64,000 nucleotides of DNA from an uncultured Actinomycetes bacterium. GTDB taxonomy: Bacteria; Actinomycetota; Thermoleophilia; UBA2241. Both the position numbers and the translations under genes were made by a program. The notes below the pieces were generated by a model that saw nothing but the letters and a program-made list of their open reading frames with translations, did not search any database and was not told the DNA's origin. Every line of letters begins with the position of its first letter. The first letter of the stretch is position 1. Positions 38,755-48,609 of the stretch are shown piece by piece. The stretch spans positions 288,001-352,000 of the forward strand of contig CAVYCN010000004.1 in assembly GCA_963767005.1 (NCBI GenBank), in the 5' to 3' direction.

Positions 38755-38812
38755 CGTGCCGGGGATTCTACCATGGAAGTCAAGCGCGCCCTTCCGCCCG
38801 GCGTTGCCGGTC

Positions 38813-38868
38813 GTGCATACTGGACGGCGGCGCCCGAGCTGCGAGCCTCGCCGCCGTCCAGTATGCAC
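38813..38868. repeat. 20-bp perfect inverted repeat in the divergent intergenic region
   Basis: GTGCATACTGGACGGCGGCG (38813-32) / CGCCGCCGTCCAGTATGCAC (38849-68). Confidence 0.85.
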
Positions 38869-38885
38869 CCGAGAGGAGTGGCCTT

Positions 38886-39701
38886 GTGAGGGTCGCCTGC
38901 GTGCAGATGAACTCGCGGTCCGACAGGGCCGACAACGTCGCCACGGCGACGCGCCTCGTGCGTCGCGCGGCGGTCGCCGGCGCCCGCCTCGTCGTGCTGC
39001 CCGAGACGTGGGCGTTCAAGGGCGGGCGGATCGAGTCGGCCGCCGCCGCCGAGCCGCTCGACGGGCCCAGCAACAGCGCGCTCGCCGGGCTCGCCGCCGA
39101 GCTCGGCGTCTACCTGCTGGCCGGCTCGATCTACGAGGCCCGCGAGGGGGCGGACCTGCCCTTCAACGCGAGCGTGCTCTTCGACCCGGACGGTGCGGCG
39201 GTCGCCGTGTATCGCAAGATCCACCTGTTCGACGCGGTCGCCGGGGAGCAGGTGTACCGCGAGTCCGACGACCTCGCCGCCGGCGCCGACCTCGTGACGG
39301 CGGCGGTCGACGACGTCAGGGTCGGCCTCACGATCTGCTACGACCTGCGCTTTCCCGAGCTGTACCGGGCGCTTGCCGCGCACGGTGCGCAGATGCTGCT
39401 CGTGCCGTCCGCCTTCACCGAGGCCACCGGCCGCGACCACTGGGAGGTCCTGCTGCGGGCGCGCGCCGTCGAGAACGGCTGCTTCGTCGTCGCCGCGGGC
39501 CAGTGGGGCGAGTACGCCAAGGGCCGTCGCTGCCACGGGCGCAGCATGATCGTCGATCCCTGGGGGGTCGTCCTCGCGGTCGCGCCCGACGGCGTGGGGC
39601 TCTGCGCGGCCGACCTCGACCTCGGCGCGGTCGCGCGCGTCAGACGGCAGCTGCCGGCGCTGACGCACCGGCGCCCCGATCTCTACGGGAGCTGGGAGTA
39701 G
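38886..39701 (+). CDS. Carbon-nitrogen hydrolase (Nit1-like amidase)
   Basis: [21 protein letters not shown] and RARAVEN; E-K-C triad present. Confidence 0.92.
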   Translation: MRVACVQMNSRSDRADNVATATRLVRRAAVAGARLVVLPETWAFKGGRIESAAAAEPLDGPSNSALAGLAAELGVYLLAGSIYEAREGADLPFNASVLFDPDGAAVAVYRKIHLFDAVAGEQVYRESDDLAAGADLVTAAVDDVRVGLTICYDLRFPELYRALAAHGAQMLLVPSAFTEATGRDHWEVLLRARAVENGCFVVAAGQWGEYAKGRRCHGRSMIVDPWGVVLAVAPDGVGLCAADLDLGAVARVRRQLPALTHRRPDLYGSWE

Positions 39702-39704
39702 GAC

Positions 39705-40574
39705 TTACGCCGGGGCGGCGTCGCGGCGGCGGCGCTCGAGCACCGCCGCCGCGATCAAGCCGACCAGCACACCGACGACAAAGCCGACGGCGGCGTGCAG
39801 ATGCAGGGCCTTGGGCTGCGCCGCCGCCGGCGCGGCCGCGCGGGCGACGATCGCCGGCGTCTCGACGTCGTGGGCGACGAGCAAGTCGAGCGTGGCGGTG
39901 CGCTTGTCGTCGAGCAGGCTCTGGATCTCCGTCGAGGTCGACTGGGTGATAGCGAGGTAGGGCGCGCTCGCCATGGCCCGTTCCGCCGCCGAGCCGCCCG
40001 ACGTGGCGATCGACGTGAGAGCCCGCTCGGCCTGATCGTTGCTCTTCTGCAGCTCCGCCAGGCGTCGTGTGTCGCTCGTCACCTCCTCGGTGAGCGCGGC
40101 GATCTTCGCCTGTACGTAGACGGCCAGCTTGGCGACGACGACCTCGGCGATCGCGTTGGCGGCCGCCGCGGCGCGCGCCGGCTTCGAGTCGGTCACGTCG
40201 ACATTGACGAGGTTGATGGGCCCCGTGGCGCTCTTGGTCGCGGGCGGCACGATGATCGTGAGGCCTTCTCTCAGATTGCGCGCGGTCTCGCCCATGCCGA
40301 CACTGGGCACGACGGCGCGGATCGTGCTGTCGGCGCCGCCGATCGACGAGGCCGCTCTCGGATCGGTGTTGAGGGCGCTGATCGAGGTGCCGGTGGCGTC
40401 GGTGGGCTGACCGAGATAGAGGGAGCTCGTCGCGGTGTAGGTGGTCTTCTGGGCCACAGTGAGCCCGGCGCCGAGGATCACGCCCAGCAACGCCAGGGCC
40501 ACGACGACCCACCACCAGCGCAGCAGTCCGCGCAGGTACTCGCCGAGCTCGATGTCGTACGTGTCGTCTGCCAC
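39705..40574 (-). CDS. Wzz/CapA-like polysaccharide chain-length determinant
   Basis: IEL.EYLR.L.R.WW; N- and C-terminal TM helices flanking a coiled coil; Y.ATS.LY. Confidence 0.78.
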   Translation of the reverse strand: MADDTYDIELGEYLRGLLRWWWVVVALALLGVILGAGLTVAQKTTYTATSSLYLGQPTDATGTSISALNTDPRAASSIGGADSTIRAVVPSVGMGETARNLREGLTIIVPPATKSATGPINLVNVDVTDSKPARAAAAANAIAEVVVAKLAVYVQAKIAALTEEVTSDTRRLAELQKSNDQAERALTSIATSGGSAAERAMASAPYLAITQSTSTEIQSLLDDKRTATLDLLVAHDVETPAIVARAAAPAAAQPKALHLHAAVGFVVGVLVGLIAAAVLERRRRDAAPA

Positions 40575-40629
40575 TGCTTCCTCCGTCGGGGCGATCAGCG
40601 CCGACCGCGCGGCCGGTGCCGTGCCGCCA

Positions 40630-41817
40630 TCAGGTCGCCTCGAGCGTCCGCCGCACGCGGGGTGCCTGCTCGTGCACGGCAATCATACATGCGGCGATGC
40701 GCTCGACGTGGCCCGACTCGAGGCGGCCGTAGGCCGGCAGCGTGATCACTTCGTCGCACAGCCGGGCGGTCTCGGGCAGGCGCTCCCCGAACATCGGTCC
40801 GCTCGCGGCGAAGGCCGTCAGGCGGTGCACCGGCGGCACGTAGTAGGCGCGCGTGTCGATCCCCTCGGCGTCGAGCGCCGCCGCGAGCTGATCGCGCGTG
40901 AGGCCGAACTGGGCGGCGCGCACGCGCAGCGAGAAGTCCTTGAACGACGAGCGGTCCTGGGGACGCAGCCGCTGGAAGGCGACCCCCGGCAGGTCGCCGA
41001 GCAGGCTGCGGTAGACGGCGGCGAGCTCGTTGCGGCGCGCGGCCTCGGCCTCGAGCAGGCCGAGGCCCTCGAGCCCGAGCAGCGCGCTGGCCTCGGGCAG
41101 GCGCGCGTTGAGGCCCGGGAAGAGCGCGTCGTAGTTGCCGGGGTTGCCGTACTCGCGACCGACGACGACGCGCTCGGCGAGCGCGTCGTCGTCGGTCGCG
41201 ACGACCCCGCCCTCGCCGGTGATCAGGAGCTTCGTGGGCGACGTGCTGAAGACCTGAGCAAGACCCTGGCGGCCGACCGGGAAGCCGTCGCGCCGCGCGC
41301 CGAAGCCGTGGGCAGCGTCGTAGACGACGTCGACGCCACGCCGCCGCCCGAGGTCGTCGAAGGCGTCGGTGTCGGCCGGGGCGCCGAACACGTGGACCGG
41401 CGCGACCAGGGCCGTGTCGCTCGTGAGCGCCGCCTCGGCCGCCGCCGGGCTCAGACACCAGGTCTCGGGGTCGATGTCGGCGAAGACCGGCTCGAGGCCG
41501 GCCCAGACCGCCGCCATGGCGGTCGCCATGAACGTGAAGCTCGGCAGCACGATGCGGGCGCCGCGGTAGCGGTCGAACACGAGCATGAGGCCGGCGGTGC
41601 ACGACGACACGCCCAGCGCGTGGCGCACGCCGAGGTGCTCGGCGAGCGCCTGCTCGTACTCGGCGAGCACATGTCCCTTGGTGACGAGGCCCGATGAGTA
41701 GATCTCTCGCAGGGTCGGCTCGAGCCGCTCGAACGGAGCCAGGGTCGGGCGCAGCAGGTGGACGCGCTCGGCGAAGGCGGCCTCGCCGCCGAGGATGGCC
41801 GGGGTGCGGGCGATCAT
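40630..41817 (-). CDS. DegT/DnrJ/EryC1/StrS aminotransferase
   Basis: SSCTAGL, PSFTFMAT, DAAHGFG and FSTSPTKLLITGEGG. Confidence 0.92.
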   Translation of the reverse strand: MIARTPAILGGEAAFAERVHLLRPTLAPFERLEPTLREIYSSGLVTKGHVLAEYEQALAEHLGVRHALGVSSCTAGLMLVFDRYRGARIVLPSFTFMATAMAAVWAGLEPVFADIDPETWCLSPAAAEAALTSDTALVAPVHVFGAPADTDAFDDLGRRRGVDVVYDAAHGFGARRDGFPVGRQGLAQVFSTSPTKLLITGEGGVVATDDDALAERVVVGREYGNPGNYDALFPGLNARLPEASALLGLEGLGLLEAEAARRNELAAVYRSLLGDLPGVAFQRLRPQDRSSFKDFSLRVRAAQFGLTRDQLAAALDAEGIDTRAYYVPPVHRLTAFAASGPMFGERLPETARLCDEVITLPAYGRLESGHVERIAACMIAVHEQAPRVRRTLEAT

Positions 41818-41879
41818 CGGCGCATCCTACCCCACGCGCGGGGCCGGCGCGACCGGGCGGAGGCGTCTCGCGGCTGCGC

Positions 41880-42569
41880 TCAGGGCCGGTCGGCGGCCGC
41901 GAGGTCTTCGAGGAACTCGCGCGGCGCGTCGTTGGTCGAGCCCCTCCGCAGCACCACGGTCGGGATGGTGCGCAGGATGATGCCGAGGTCGGTGCGCAGA
42001 CCGAGCGTCGCGACGTAGCGTTCGTCCCAGTCGAGCATCTGCGAGCGCCGCAGGCGGTTGCGGCCGTTGATCGCCACGAGGCCGGTCAGCCCCGGCTTGA
42101 CCTGGAGGATGCGCGCGAAGCGCTCCCGGTGCTCGACCACGACCGTGGGCACGTTGGGACGCGGTCCGACCACGCTCATGTCGCCCTTCAGCACGTTGAG
42201 GAGCTGAGGCAGCTCGTCGAGGCTGAAGGCGCGCATCCAGCGGCCGGCCCAGGTGATGCGCTCGTCGCCCTCCTCGACGTACAGGCCGGCGCCGTGGTCG
42301 ACCGCGTCGGGGATCATCGAGCGGAACTTGACCATGCCGAAGAGGACGCCGCCTTTGCCGGCCCGGTCCTGCACGAAGAACACCGGCCGCCCGCTCGTCG
42401 CGTAGACGGTCGCCGCCAGGGTGGCCAGGATCGGCGCCGCCACCAGGGTGGCGGTACCGGCCACCGCCAGGTCGAGCAGGCGCTTGCCGCGGCGCTCGTA
42501 GAAGCCGTCGGGATGCGGCGTGACCGCGAGCGGCGGGAACGGCGGGAGGGGCGGCGATGACGGCGTCAT
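41880..42569 (-). CDS. Initiating phosphoglycosyl transferase (bacterial sugar transferase)
   Basis: KRLLD, KFRSM and SLDELPQLLNVLKGDMSVVGPRP. Confidence 0.93.
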   Translation of the reverse strand: MTPSSPPLPPFPPLAVTPHPDGFYERRGKRLLDLAVAGTATLVAAPILATLAATVYATSGRPVFFVQDRAGKGGVLFGMVKFRSMIPDAVDHGAGLYVEEGDERITWAGRWMRAFSLDELPQLLNVLKGDMSVVGPRPNVPTVVVEHRERFARILQVKPGLTGLVAINGRNRLRRSQMLDWDERYVATLGLRTDLGIILRTIPTVVLRRGSTNDAPREFLEDLAAADRP

Positions 42570-43831
42570 CGCCGCCCCTCCCGCCCGGCGCCGCTCGCGG
42601 TCACGCCGGCGCCGTCGCGCACGGCGCCTTCGAGCGCTCGGCACAGCCGCGCCGCCATCTCGTCGCGGCTGAAGTCGCGCTCGGCCAGGCGGCGAGCGTT
42701 CGCGCCCATCGCGACGACGAGGTCGGGCTCGTCGGCGAGGGCCGCCAGTGTAGCGGCGAGCGCCGCGCCGTCGCCGGCCGGCACCCAGGCGCCGGCACGG
42801 TCGCGCTCGACCACACGGCGCAGCCAGCCGTCGAGGTTGACGATCACCGCCCGCCCGGCGGCCAGCGAGTCGAAGAACTTGTTGGGCGAGTTGGTCTCGA
42901 AGGCCGGGTGCGGCGCGAACAGGGTGAGCGTGACGTCGGCCGCGCCCACCACGCCGGCGAGGCGGGCCTTGGGCAGCGGCGGCAGGACGAGGACGTTGTC
43001 GAGCCCGAGCTTGCGGACGCGCTCCTCGAGGTGGGGTCGTCGGCCGCCGTCGCCGATCGCGACGATCGCTACGTCGTCGCGTCCGGCGGTGCGCAGACAG
43101 GCGGCCGCGTCGACGAGCTGGTCCAGACCGTTGGCACGCCCCATCGCGCCGCTGTAGAGCGCGACGAACCTGCCCTCAAGGCCGTGGCGGGCGCGAAACT
43201 CGCGGTCGACGTTGTCGGGCGAGAAGAGGTCGAGGTCGCAGGCGTTCGGCACGAAGACGAGGCGCGCGGGCGGCACGCCCATGGCGAGCAGCGCGTCGCG
43301 GCTCGCCTCGCTCAGCACGACGATGCGTCGCGCGCCACGGTAGAGCAGGCGCTCGAGCGCCTGCGAGGCGAGGACCAGTGGCGGCGAGCGCAGAGCCCCG
43401 ATGGCGATCGGCACGTCGGGCCACAGGTCGCGCAGCTCGAAGACGAACGGCACGCGTCGCAGGCGCGCGGTGAGCAGTCCCGGCAGGCCGATGGTGAGCG
43501 GTGTCGACGAGGCGAACACCACGTCGGGGCGGGGCAGGAGCGGACCGGCCAGGCAGGCGCCGGCGGTGAAGGCGACGAAGGCGGCGAGGCGGCGCGGCGT
43601 CGAGAAGTAGTTCGAGTAGGGCACGTTCAGCAGGACGAGGTCGATGCCGTCGATGCGGTCGCGCCCGAACAGGCGCAGGCCGCGGCCGCCGTCGGGCGGG
43701 AGCTGGGCCACGCTGCTGACGATGGTGACCTCGTGGCCGCGCGCCACGAAGCGCCGGGCCAGCTCGAGCGAACGGGTGCCGGTCGCGCTGTCGCGGGTGG
43801 CGAAGTACTGGTGGAAGTAGAGGATCCTCAC
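42566..43831 (-). CDS. GT4 glycosyltransferase (WbuB-like)
   Basis: ILYFHQYF, FELRDLWP, YSGAMGRANG and SPNKFFDSLAAG. Confidence 0.9.
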   Translation of the reverse strand: MRILYFHQYFATRDSATGTRSLELARRFVARGHEVTIVSSVAQLPPDGGRGLRLFGRDRIDGIDLVLLNVPYSNYFSTPRRLAAFVAFTAGACLAGPLLPRPDVVFASSTPLTIGLPGLLTARLRRVPFVFELRDLWPDVPIAIGALRSPPLVLASQALERLLYRGARRIVVLSEASRDALLAMGVPPARLVFVPNACDLDLFSPDNVDREFRARHGLEGRFVALYSGAMGRANGLDQLVDAAACLRTAGRDDVAIVAIGDGGRRPHLEERVRKLGLDNVLVLPPLPKARLAGVVGAADVTLTLFAPHPAFETNSPNKFFDSLAAGRAVIVNLDGWLRRVVERDRAGAWVPAGDGAALAATLAALADEPDLVVAMGANARRLAERDFSRDEMAARLCRALEGAVRDGAGVTASGAGREGRR

Positions 43832-44982
43832 GCCCGTGCCGCCTCGTCGCGCGTCGGCGCGCAGACCCGCGCGTAGAAGTCGAGGAACCGCTCGCCGAGC
43901 GCCTCCCACGAGTAGGTGCGCCGCACCGCCGCGCGCCCGCGCGCGCCCATGGCGGCCGTGCCGGCACGGTCGGCCATCAACCGGCGTACGCCGTCGAGGT
44001 GACCCTCGACGTTCGCCGGGACGAGGATGCCGAAGCCCTCGTCACGGATGACCTCGCGCCCGGGCAGGTCGCTGGCGAGCGCGGCAAGCCCGACCGCGGC
44101 TCCCTCGAAGACCTTGGTGGCGACGGTCGGCCGCGAGTACTGGACGCTCGGCCAGCTGGCCGTCCAGACGACGTCGGCCGATGCCAGGTAGCGAGGGACG
44201 TCGGCGCGCGACACACGCCCGAGGAACCGGACTCTGTCGTCGAGTCCGGCCCGCAAACGGGCCATCGTCTCCGCCTCGAACTCGGCCGACCCGAAGCTGC
44301 CGCCGAGCAGGAGCAGGGCCTTGCTGGAATCGAGCTGCTCCATGACATCGAGCATGAGCCCGACGCCACGGATGCGTGACAGCGCTCCGATGTACACGAG
44401 ACGAAGGCGCGGGTCGGCGGCGAGATCGACGAACGGTTCGGCTCCCTCGAACTGCGCGAGGCGCGGGTAGTTGGGAGCGACGAGGCAAGGGATCCGCTGC
44501 GGGCCGAAGTCGTCGAGCACCGCGTCGGCGGCGGCGACGATGCCATCGGCGAGAAGCGTGAGGCCGCGCTGTGCGTACCCGCTCGCCGCTGCGACGTACG
44601 GTCGCAGACGGGCGGCGATGTACTCCTTGGACGCCACCTGCTCACGCACGAACTCATGCACGTCGACCACGAGGCGCGGCACGAACGGGCGCAGCAGCGG
44701 GTAGAGGGTGAGCAGCTCGGGGTCGTGCGTATGGACGACGAAGGGTCGGATGCCGCGCAAGGCTGCGATCACGTCGGGCGCACTCAGGAAGCGTCGGGAG
44801 CGGCGCCGCACCGGCAGCGGCGCGAGGCGGACGCCGTGCTCGTCGATCCGGGGCGTGGCGCCCGGCGCGAGGTAGGTCACGTCGTAGCCGGCGTCGGCGA
44901 GCGTGCGGCACTCGCGCTCGTAGATGCGGGCGTCGTCGGGCCGGTGGACGACGGTCAAGTGGACCACTTTGAGGCCGCTCAC
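43828..44982 (-). CDS. GT4 glycosyltransferase
   Basis: HRPDDARIYERE, HTHDPEL, YIGALSRIRG and KVFE. Confidence 0.88.
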   Translation of the reverse strand: MSGLKVVHLTVVHRPDDARIYERECRTLADAGYDVTYLAPGATPRIDEHGVRLAPLPVRRRSRRFLSAPDVIAALRGIRPFVVHTHDPELLTLYPLLRPFVPRLVVDVHEFVREQVASKEYIAARLRPYVAAASGYAQRGLTLLADGIVAAADAVLDDFGPQRIPCLVAPNYPRLAQFEGAEPFVDLAADPRLRLVYIGALSRIRGVGLMLDVMEQLDSSKALLLLGGSFGSAEFEAETMARLRAGLDDRVRFLGRVSRADVPRYLASADVVWTASWPSVQYSRPTVATKVFEGAAVGLAALASDLPGREVIRDEGFGILVPANVEGHLDGVRRLMADRAGTAAMGARGRAAVRRTYSWEALGERFLDFYARVCAPTRDEAARA

Positions 44983-46139
44983 GCGACCTCCTCGTAGATC
45001 TCGATCTGGCGGGCCGCGTTGCGCTCCCAGGTGAGGTCGAGGATCGCGCGACGGCCGGCCGCAGCCAGCCGCCTCGCAGCGTCTGGATCGTCGAGCAGCC
45101 GGGCGATGGCGGCCGTCACCGCGGCCTCGTCGCCGGGTGGCACAAGCAGACCGCTCTCGCCGTCGACGACGAAGTCGGCGGGGCCCTCGCCGCGGCAGGC
45201 GACGACCGGTGCGCCCTGTGCCATCGCTTCGGCGTAGACCACGCCGAAGCCCTCCGGTGCGCTCGGCAGGACGAACGCGTCGGCTCGCGCCATCAGGCCG
45301 AGCACCTCGTCGTGAGGTCGCCAACCGAGAAACAGGGTACGTTCGGCCATACCCAGCTCGCGCGCCCGCGCCGCAAGACGGCGGTGCTCGGGACCGTCCC
45401 CGACGACGACCCAGGCCACATCGGCATAGGGAGTGCCGAGACGGGCGAGAGCGGCTAGCACCGCGGCGTGGCCCTTCGACGCAAACAGGTTGCCGACCGA
45501 CAGCACGACGCGGTGGCCGGGCAGGATCGTGCTCGGCGTCGCCCGATGGTGCACCCCGACGCCGTTTGGCACGACGTGCAGACGGTGCGCCGGCACGACC
45601 GCGGCGAGGCGCCGCGCGACCGCGCCGCTCACCGCCATGACCGCGGCGGCATCGTCGAGCGCCTGCACCGTGCGGCGGCGCACCGGGCCGTCTCCGGCGA
45701 GGTTCACGTTCACGTCGGCGCCGTGCACGGTGACGACGTACTGGAGGCCCAGGTCAGCGGCGAGCAGGCGGACGGCCGCGCCGTCGGGGAACGCCTGATG
45801 GGCGTGGATCATGTCGATGCCCGCACCGCGCAGGCGAGGCACGAACGCACGCAGCCCCCGGTAGAACAGCTCGACCTGGCGCTGCCGCAGGATACGCCGC
45901 GGTGGCACCACGACACGCGGGTAGTCGATCGCAACGGCATCGATCACCGCGGCGGCCGGGGTGGCGGCCCGGGCACGAAGGCGGTCGTTCAGGCGCAGGA
46001 GGCGGGGTGTGCAGGCCGTCGGCGACACGACGCTCACGTCGACGCCGAGCTCGCGCAGCGCCACGACCTGGTCGTGCACGAACAGCGACGAGGCGCGCGC
46101 CGGCGTCGGGTACAGGTGGGAGACGACGAGGATCCTCAC
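44979..46139 (-). CDS. GT4 glycosyltransferase (TuaC-like)
   Basis: IHAH..FPDG, TVHGADV and EGFGVVYAEAMA.G.P. Confidence 0.9.
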   Translation of the reverse strand: MRILVVSHLYPTPARASSLFVHDQVVALRELGVDVSVVSPTACTPRLLRLNDRLRARAATPAAAVIDAVAIDYPRVVVPPRRILRQRQVELFYRGLRAFVPRLRGAGIDMIHAHQAFPDGAAVRLLAADLGLQYVVTVHGADVNVNLAGDGPVRRRTVQALDDAAAVMAVSGAVARRLAAVVPAHRLHVVPNGVGVHHRATPSTILPGHRVVLSVGNLFASKGHAAVLAALARLGTPYADVAWVVVGDGPEHRRLAARARELGMAERTLFLGWRPHDEVLGLMARADAFVLPSAPEGFGVVYAEAMAQGAPVVACRGEGPADFVVDGESGLLVPPGDEAAVTAAIARLLDDPDAARRLAAAGRRAILDLTWERNAARQIEIYEEVA

Positions 46140-46221
46140 GGCCGCGGGAGGTCTCGAACGGCGGCGTGTGCCGCCGACGCGCCGTCGGATCGCGCTCCGC
46201 GGTCGGCCTGTCCGCGGCCGG

Positions 46222-46857
46222 CTACAGGATCCATCGGTAGACCTCGAAGACCTCGGCGTACTCGCAGCCGACGTCGATCGCGCGCGTGAGTGCCACGTTG
46301 CGGATGTAGTCTTCGCGCACGTAATTGCGGTGCTGCTGAGAGTGGTAGCAGGCGAGGGCGTCGACCTTCTTCTGCACGTGGCGCTCCTGCAGGCTCACAT
46401 AGGCCTGGTGCGAGAAGTTGAGGTTGTTCCAGGGGATCTCGTAGGCGAGCACTGTGGTGCGCTTGAAGGCGCGCAAACCCTCTTCGGCGATCGTCTTGTG
46501 ATCCTGGTGCAGATCGATCAGGGCGGGCATGAAGACGCAGTCCGGACGCAGCTCCTGCTGCAGGACGATCATCTCGTCGAGGATCTCCTGACGGGCGGTG
46601 GGGAACGTGCGCACCTCGAAGTCGTAGACCTTCAGGTGCGCCTTGTCGATGCCGATGATGGCGGTCGCCTCACGGACTTCGCGCTTCAGGATGTCACGGG
46701 GAAAGCCGGCCGGCACGGACTTCGCGGCGGTGCTGAAGGCCACGTAGGTGACCTCGACCCCGCCCTCGATGAGTCGCGCCATGGTGCCCCCGCAGCCGAA
46801 CTCGCCGTCGTCTGTGTGCGGAGCAAGCACGAGCGCCGTACGGAGCTGATCGATCAT
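46222..46857 (-). CDS. PIG-L/LmbE family deacetylase
   Basis: APHTDDGEFGCGGT and DLHQDH. Confidence 0.92.
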   Translation of the reverse strand: MIDQLRTALVLAPHTDDGEFGCGGTMARLIEGGVEVTYVAFSTAAKSVPAGFPRDILKREVREATAIIGIDKAHLKVYDFEVRTFPTARQEILDEMIVLQQELRPDCVFMPALIDLHQDHKTIAEEGLRAFKRTTVLAYEIPWNNLNFSHQAYVSLQERHVQKKVDALACYHSQQHRNYVREDYIRNVALTRAIDVGCEYAEVFEVYRWIL

Positions 46858-48449
46858 CTGTCTTCCCCCTCAAGGCGCTGGTCGGGCTCGAGACGCTCGG
46901 CTGTGGCGCCGCCCGCTGCGTGGCCGGCCGGGACAGCCCGTGAGTCTAGCAAATCGGTGCGACCCGCAGGCGGGCTCGGTCCGCCGGCCGCCGCCGGCCC
47001 CGCCTGTTCGCGCTGAGCGCGGATGAGGACCGCGATCGCGAGGCCGAGGAGCACCGCCATCGGTGGAAAGAGGATCGCGGTGCTCGGTCCCACGATGGAG
47101 ATGCTGAAGCCGACCAGCGCCACGCCCGTCGCCGCCCCGAGGTACCGCAGCAACGGGTCGCGAGCCTGCCGCACGACGCGTGCCATGGCCTGCAGGAGCA
47201 GCGCCCAGATCGCGAGGAAGATGAGCAGGGCCGGCAGACCGCCGTCGACCAGCACCTCGAGCCACCAGTCGTGGAGGTTGACGATAACGAACGACGGGTT
47301 CTGGGCGGCCACGAGCGGCTCGGCGTTGCCGGGCCCTACGCCCAGGAACCAGCGCGTGGCGGCGGCCTGCAGGCCCGCCGCCTGCAGCTCGGAGCGTACG
47401 CCGCCGCTGCCTGTGCCGCTCTGCACCTGGTTCACCAGGTTGGTCGCGCTGAGCGCGCTGCCGAACCCTCCGGCCAGCGCCACGCCGACGGCGACCAGGG
47501 CGATCACGACGAGGACGCCGGCGGCGATCCGCAGGTGTCGCCCTGTCTTCCGGGCCACCGCGAGGGCGACGACGACGGTCTCGAACCCGACGGCGAGCAC
47601 GCTGGTGCGCGAGGTCGTGTAGCGCACCACGACGAGGGTTACGAGCAGGGCCACCACGGTGACGACGACGGCCGCGCGGCGGCGCCGCAGGTAGGGCAGG
47701 AGCAGCACGAACGGCCAGCAGAAGGCGAGGTACGTGCCGAAGTCGTTGGTGTTGAAGAAGTAGCCGGCCGCCTTGCCGTGGTGAGCGTAGGTCGGCGAGG
47801 CGCTCGGCAGGTGCAGGTGCAGCCGCCATTCGGCGAGACCGATCAGCAGGGACAGGCCGTAGACGGCCGCCAGCGCGAGCATGAGCCAGGCGAGCCGGCA
47901 CCGGCTCACGCCACAGCTTGCCGTGGCGGCCGCGAGGATGCCGAGGGTGACGAACTGGAGCAGGTAGCGAGGGGCCGCGTCGGGGTAGGGCGCCCACGCC
48001 AGCGTGATGAGCAGCCAGCTCAGCCAGGCGCCGTACAACGCGGCGAAGGTGTGCGCACCGACGTGCAGCCGGCGTTGCGTGAGGATGAGCCACAGCAGGC
48101 CCGAGAAGCCGACCAGCGCCATCACGAAGCGCGCGGCGTAGAGTTCGCGGAGGTGTGGGACCGCCAGGACCGGCCCGATGATGGCAAGACCCGGCAGGGC
48201 GACCAGCCCGAGCACGAGGAGGCGGCTCACCCGCACGCGCGCCAGACGGTGGCGTGCGACGATCAGCAGCAGCACGACACCGACCGTCAGAGGCAGGCCC
48301 ACGGCGACCGCCGCATGCGAAAGCGGGGCGCGGCCGCGCAGGGCGAAGTCGGTGAGAGCCGCAGTCGCGGCAACGGCGACGGCGAGCACGGTCGCCCCGG
48401 TCAGACGGTCCTTGCCGCGTGGCGCGGTCGTCAGGGCGTGATCGGTCAC
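46854..48449 (-). CDS. O-antigen ligase/Wzy-like polymerase (TuaE-like)
   Basis: Multi-pass TM; FFNTNDFG, TTSRT, GVGPGN and HDWWLEVLVDGG. Confidence 0.82.
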   Translation of the reverse strand: MTDHALTTAPRGKDRLTGATVLAVAVAATAALTDFALRGRAPLSHAAVAVGLPLTVGVVLLLIVARHRLARVRVSRLLVLGLVALPGLAIIGPVLAVPHLRELYAARFVMALVGFSGLLWLILTQRRLHVGAHTFAALYGAWLSWLLITLAWAPYPDAAPRYLLQFVTLGILAAATASCGVSRCRLAWLMLALAAVYGLSLLIGLAEWRLHLHLPSASPTYAHHGKAAGYFFNTNDFGTYLAFCWPFVLLLPYLRRRRAAVVVTVVALLVTLVVVRYTTSRTSVLAVGFETVVVALAVARKTGRHLRIAAGVLVVIALVAVGVALAGGFGSALSATNLVNQVQSGTGSGGVRSELQAAGLQAAATRWFLGVGPGNAEPLVAAQNPSFVIVNLHDWWLEVLVDGGLPALLIFLAIWALLLQAMARVVRQARDPLLRYLGAATGVALVGFSISIVGPSTAILFPPMAVLLGLAIAVLIRAQREQAGPAAAGGPSPPAGRTDLLDSRAVPAGHAAGGATAERLEPDQRLEGEDR

Positions 48450-48609
48450 GGCGCGACAAGGAGCTTCATGGGGCCCATTGTACCTGCTCGAGGGGGCGCC
48501 TCCGGGTCGCGTGGCGCCGTCGCGGTTGCCGGTCCGGGCGTACGGGCGGCATAATCGGGGCAGACACGGCCGGGCCGGGCCGGTGCACCACGACCGCGAA
48601 GGGAGCCGG

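Noticed and set aside
38556-38770. T-box riboswitch upstream of trpB2
   Set aside because: No GGTGGNACCGCG T-box motif; a Trp-codon uORF explains the leader better.
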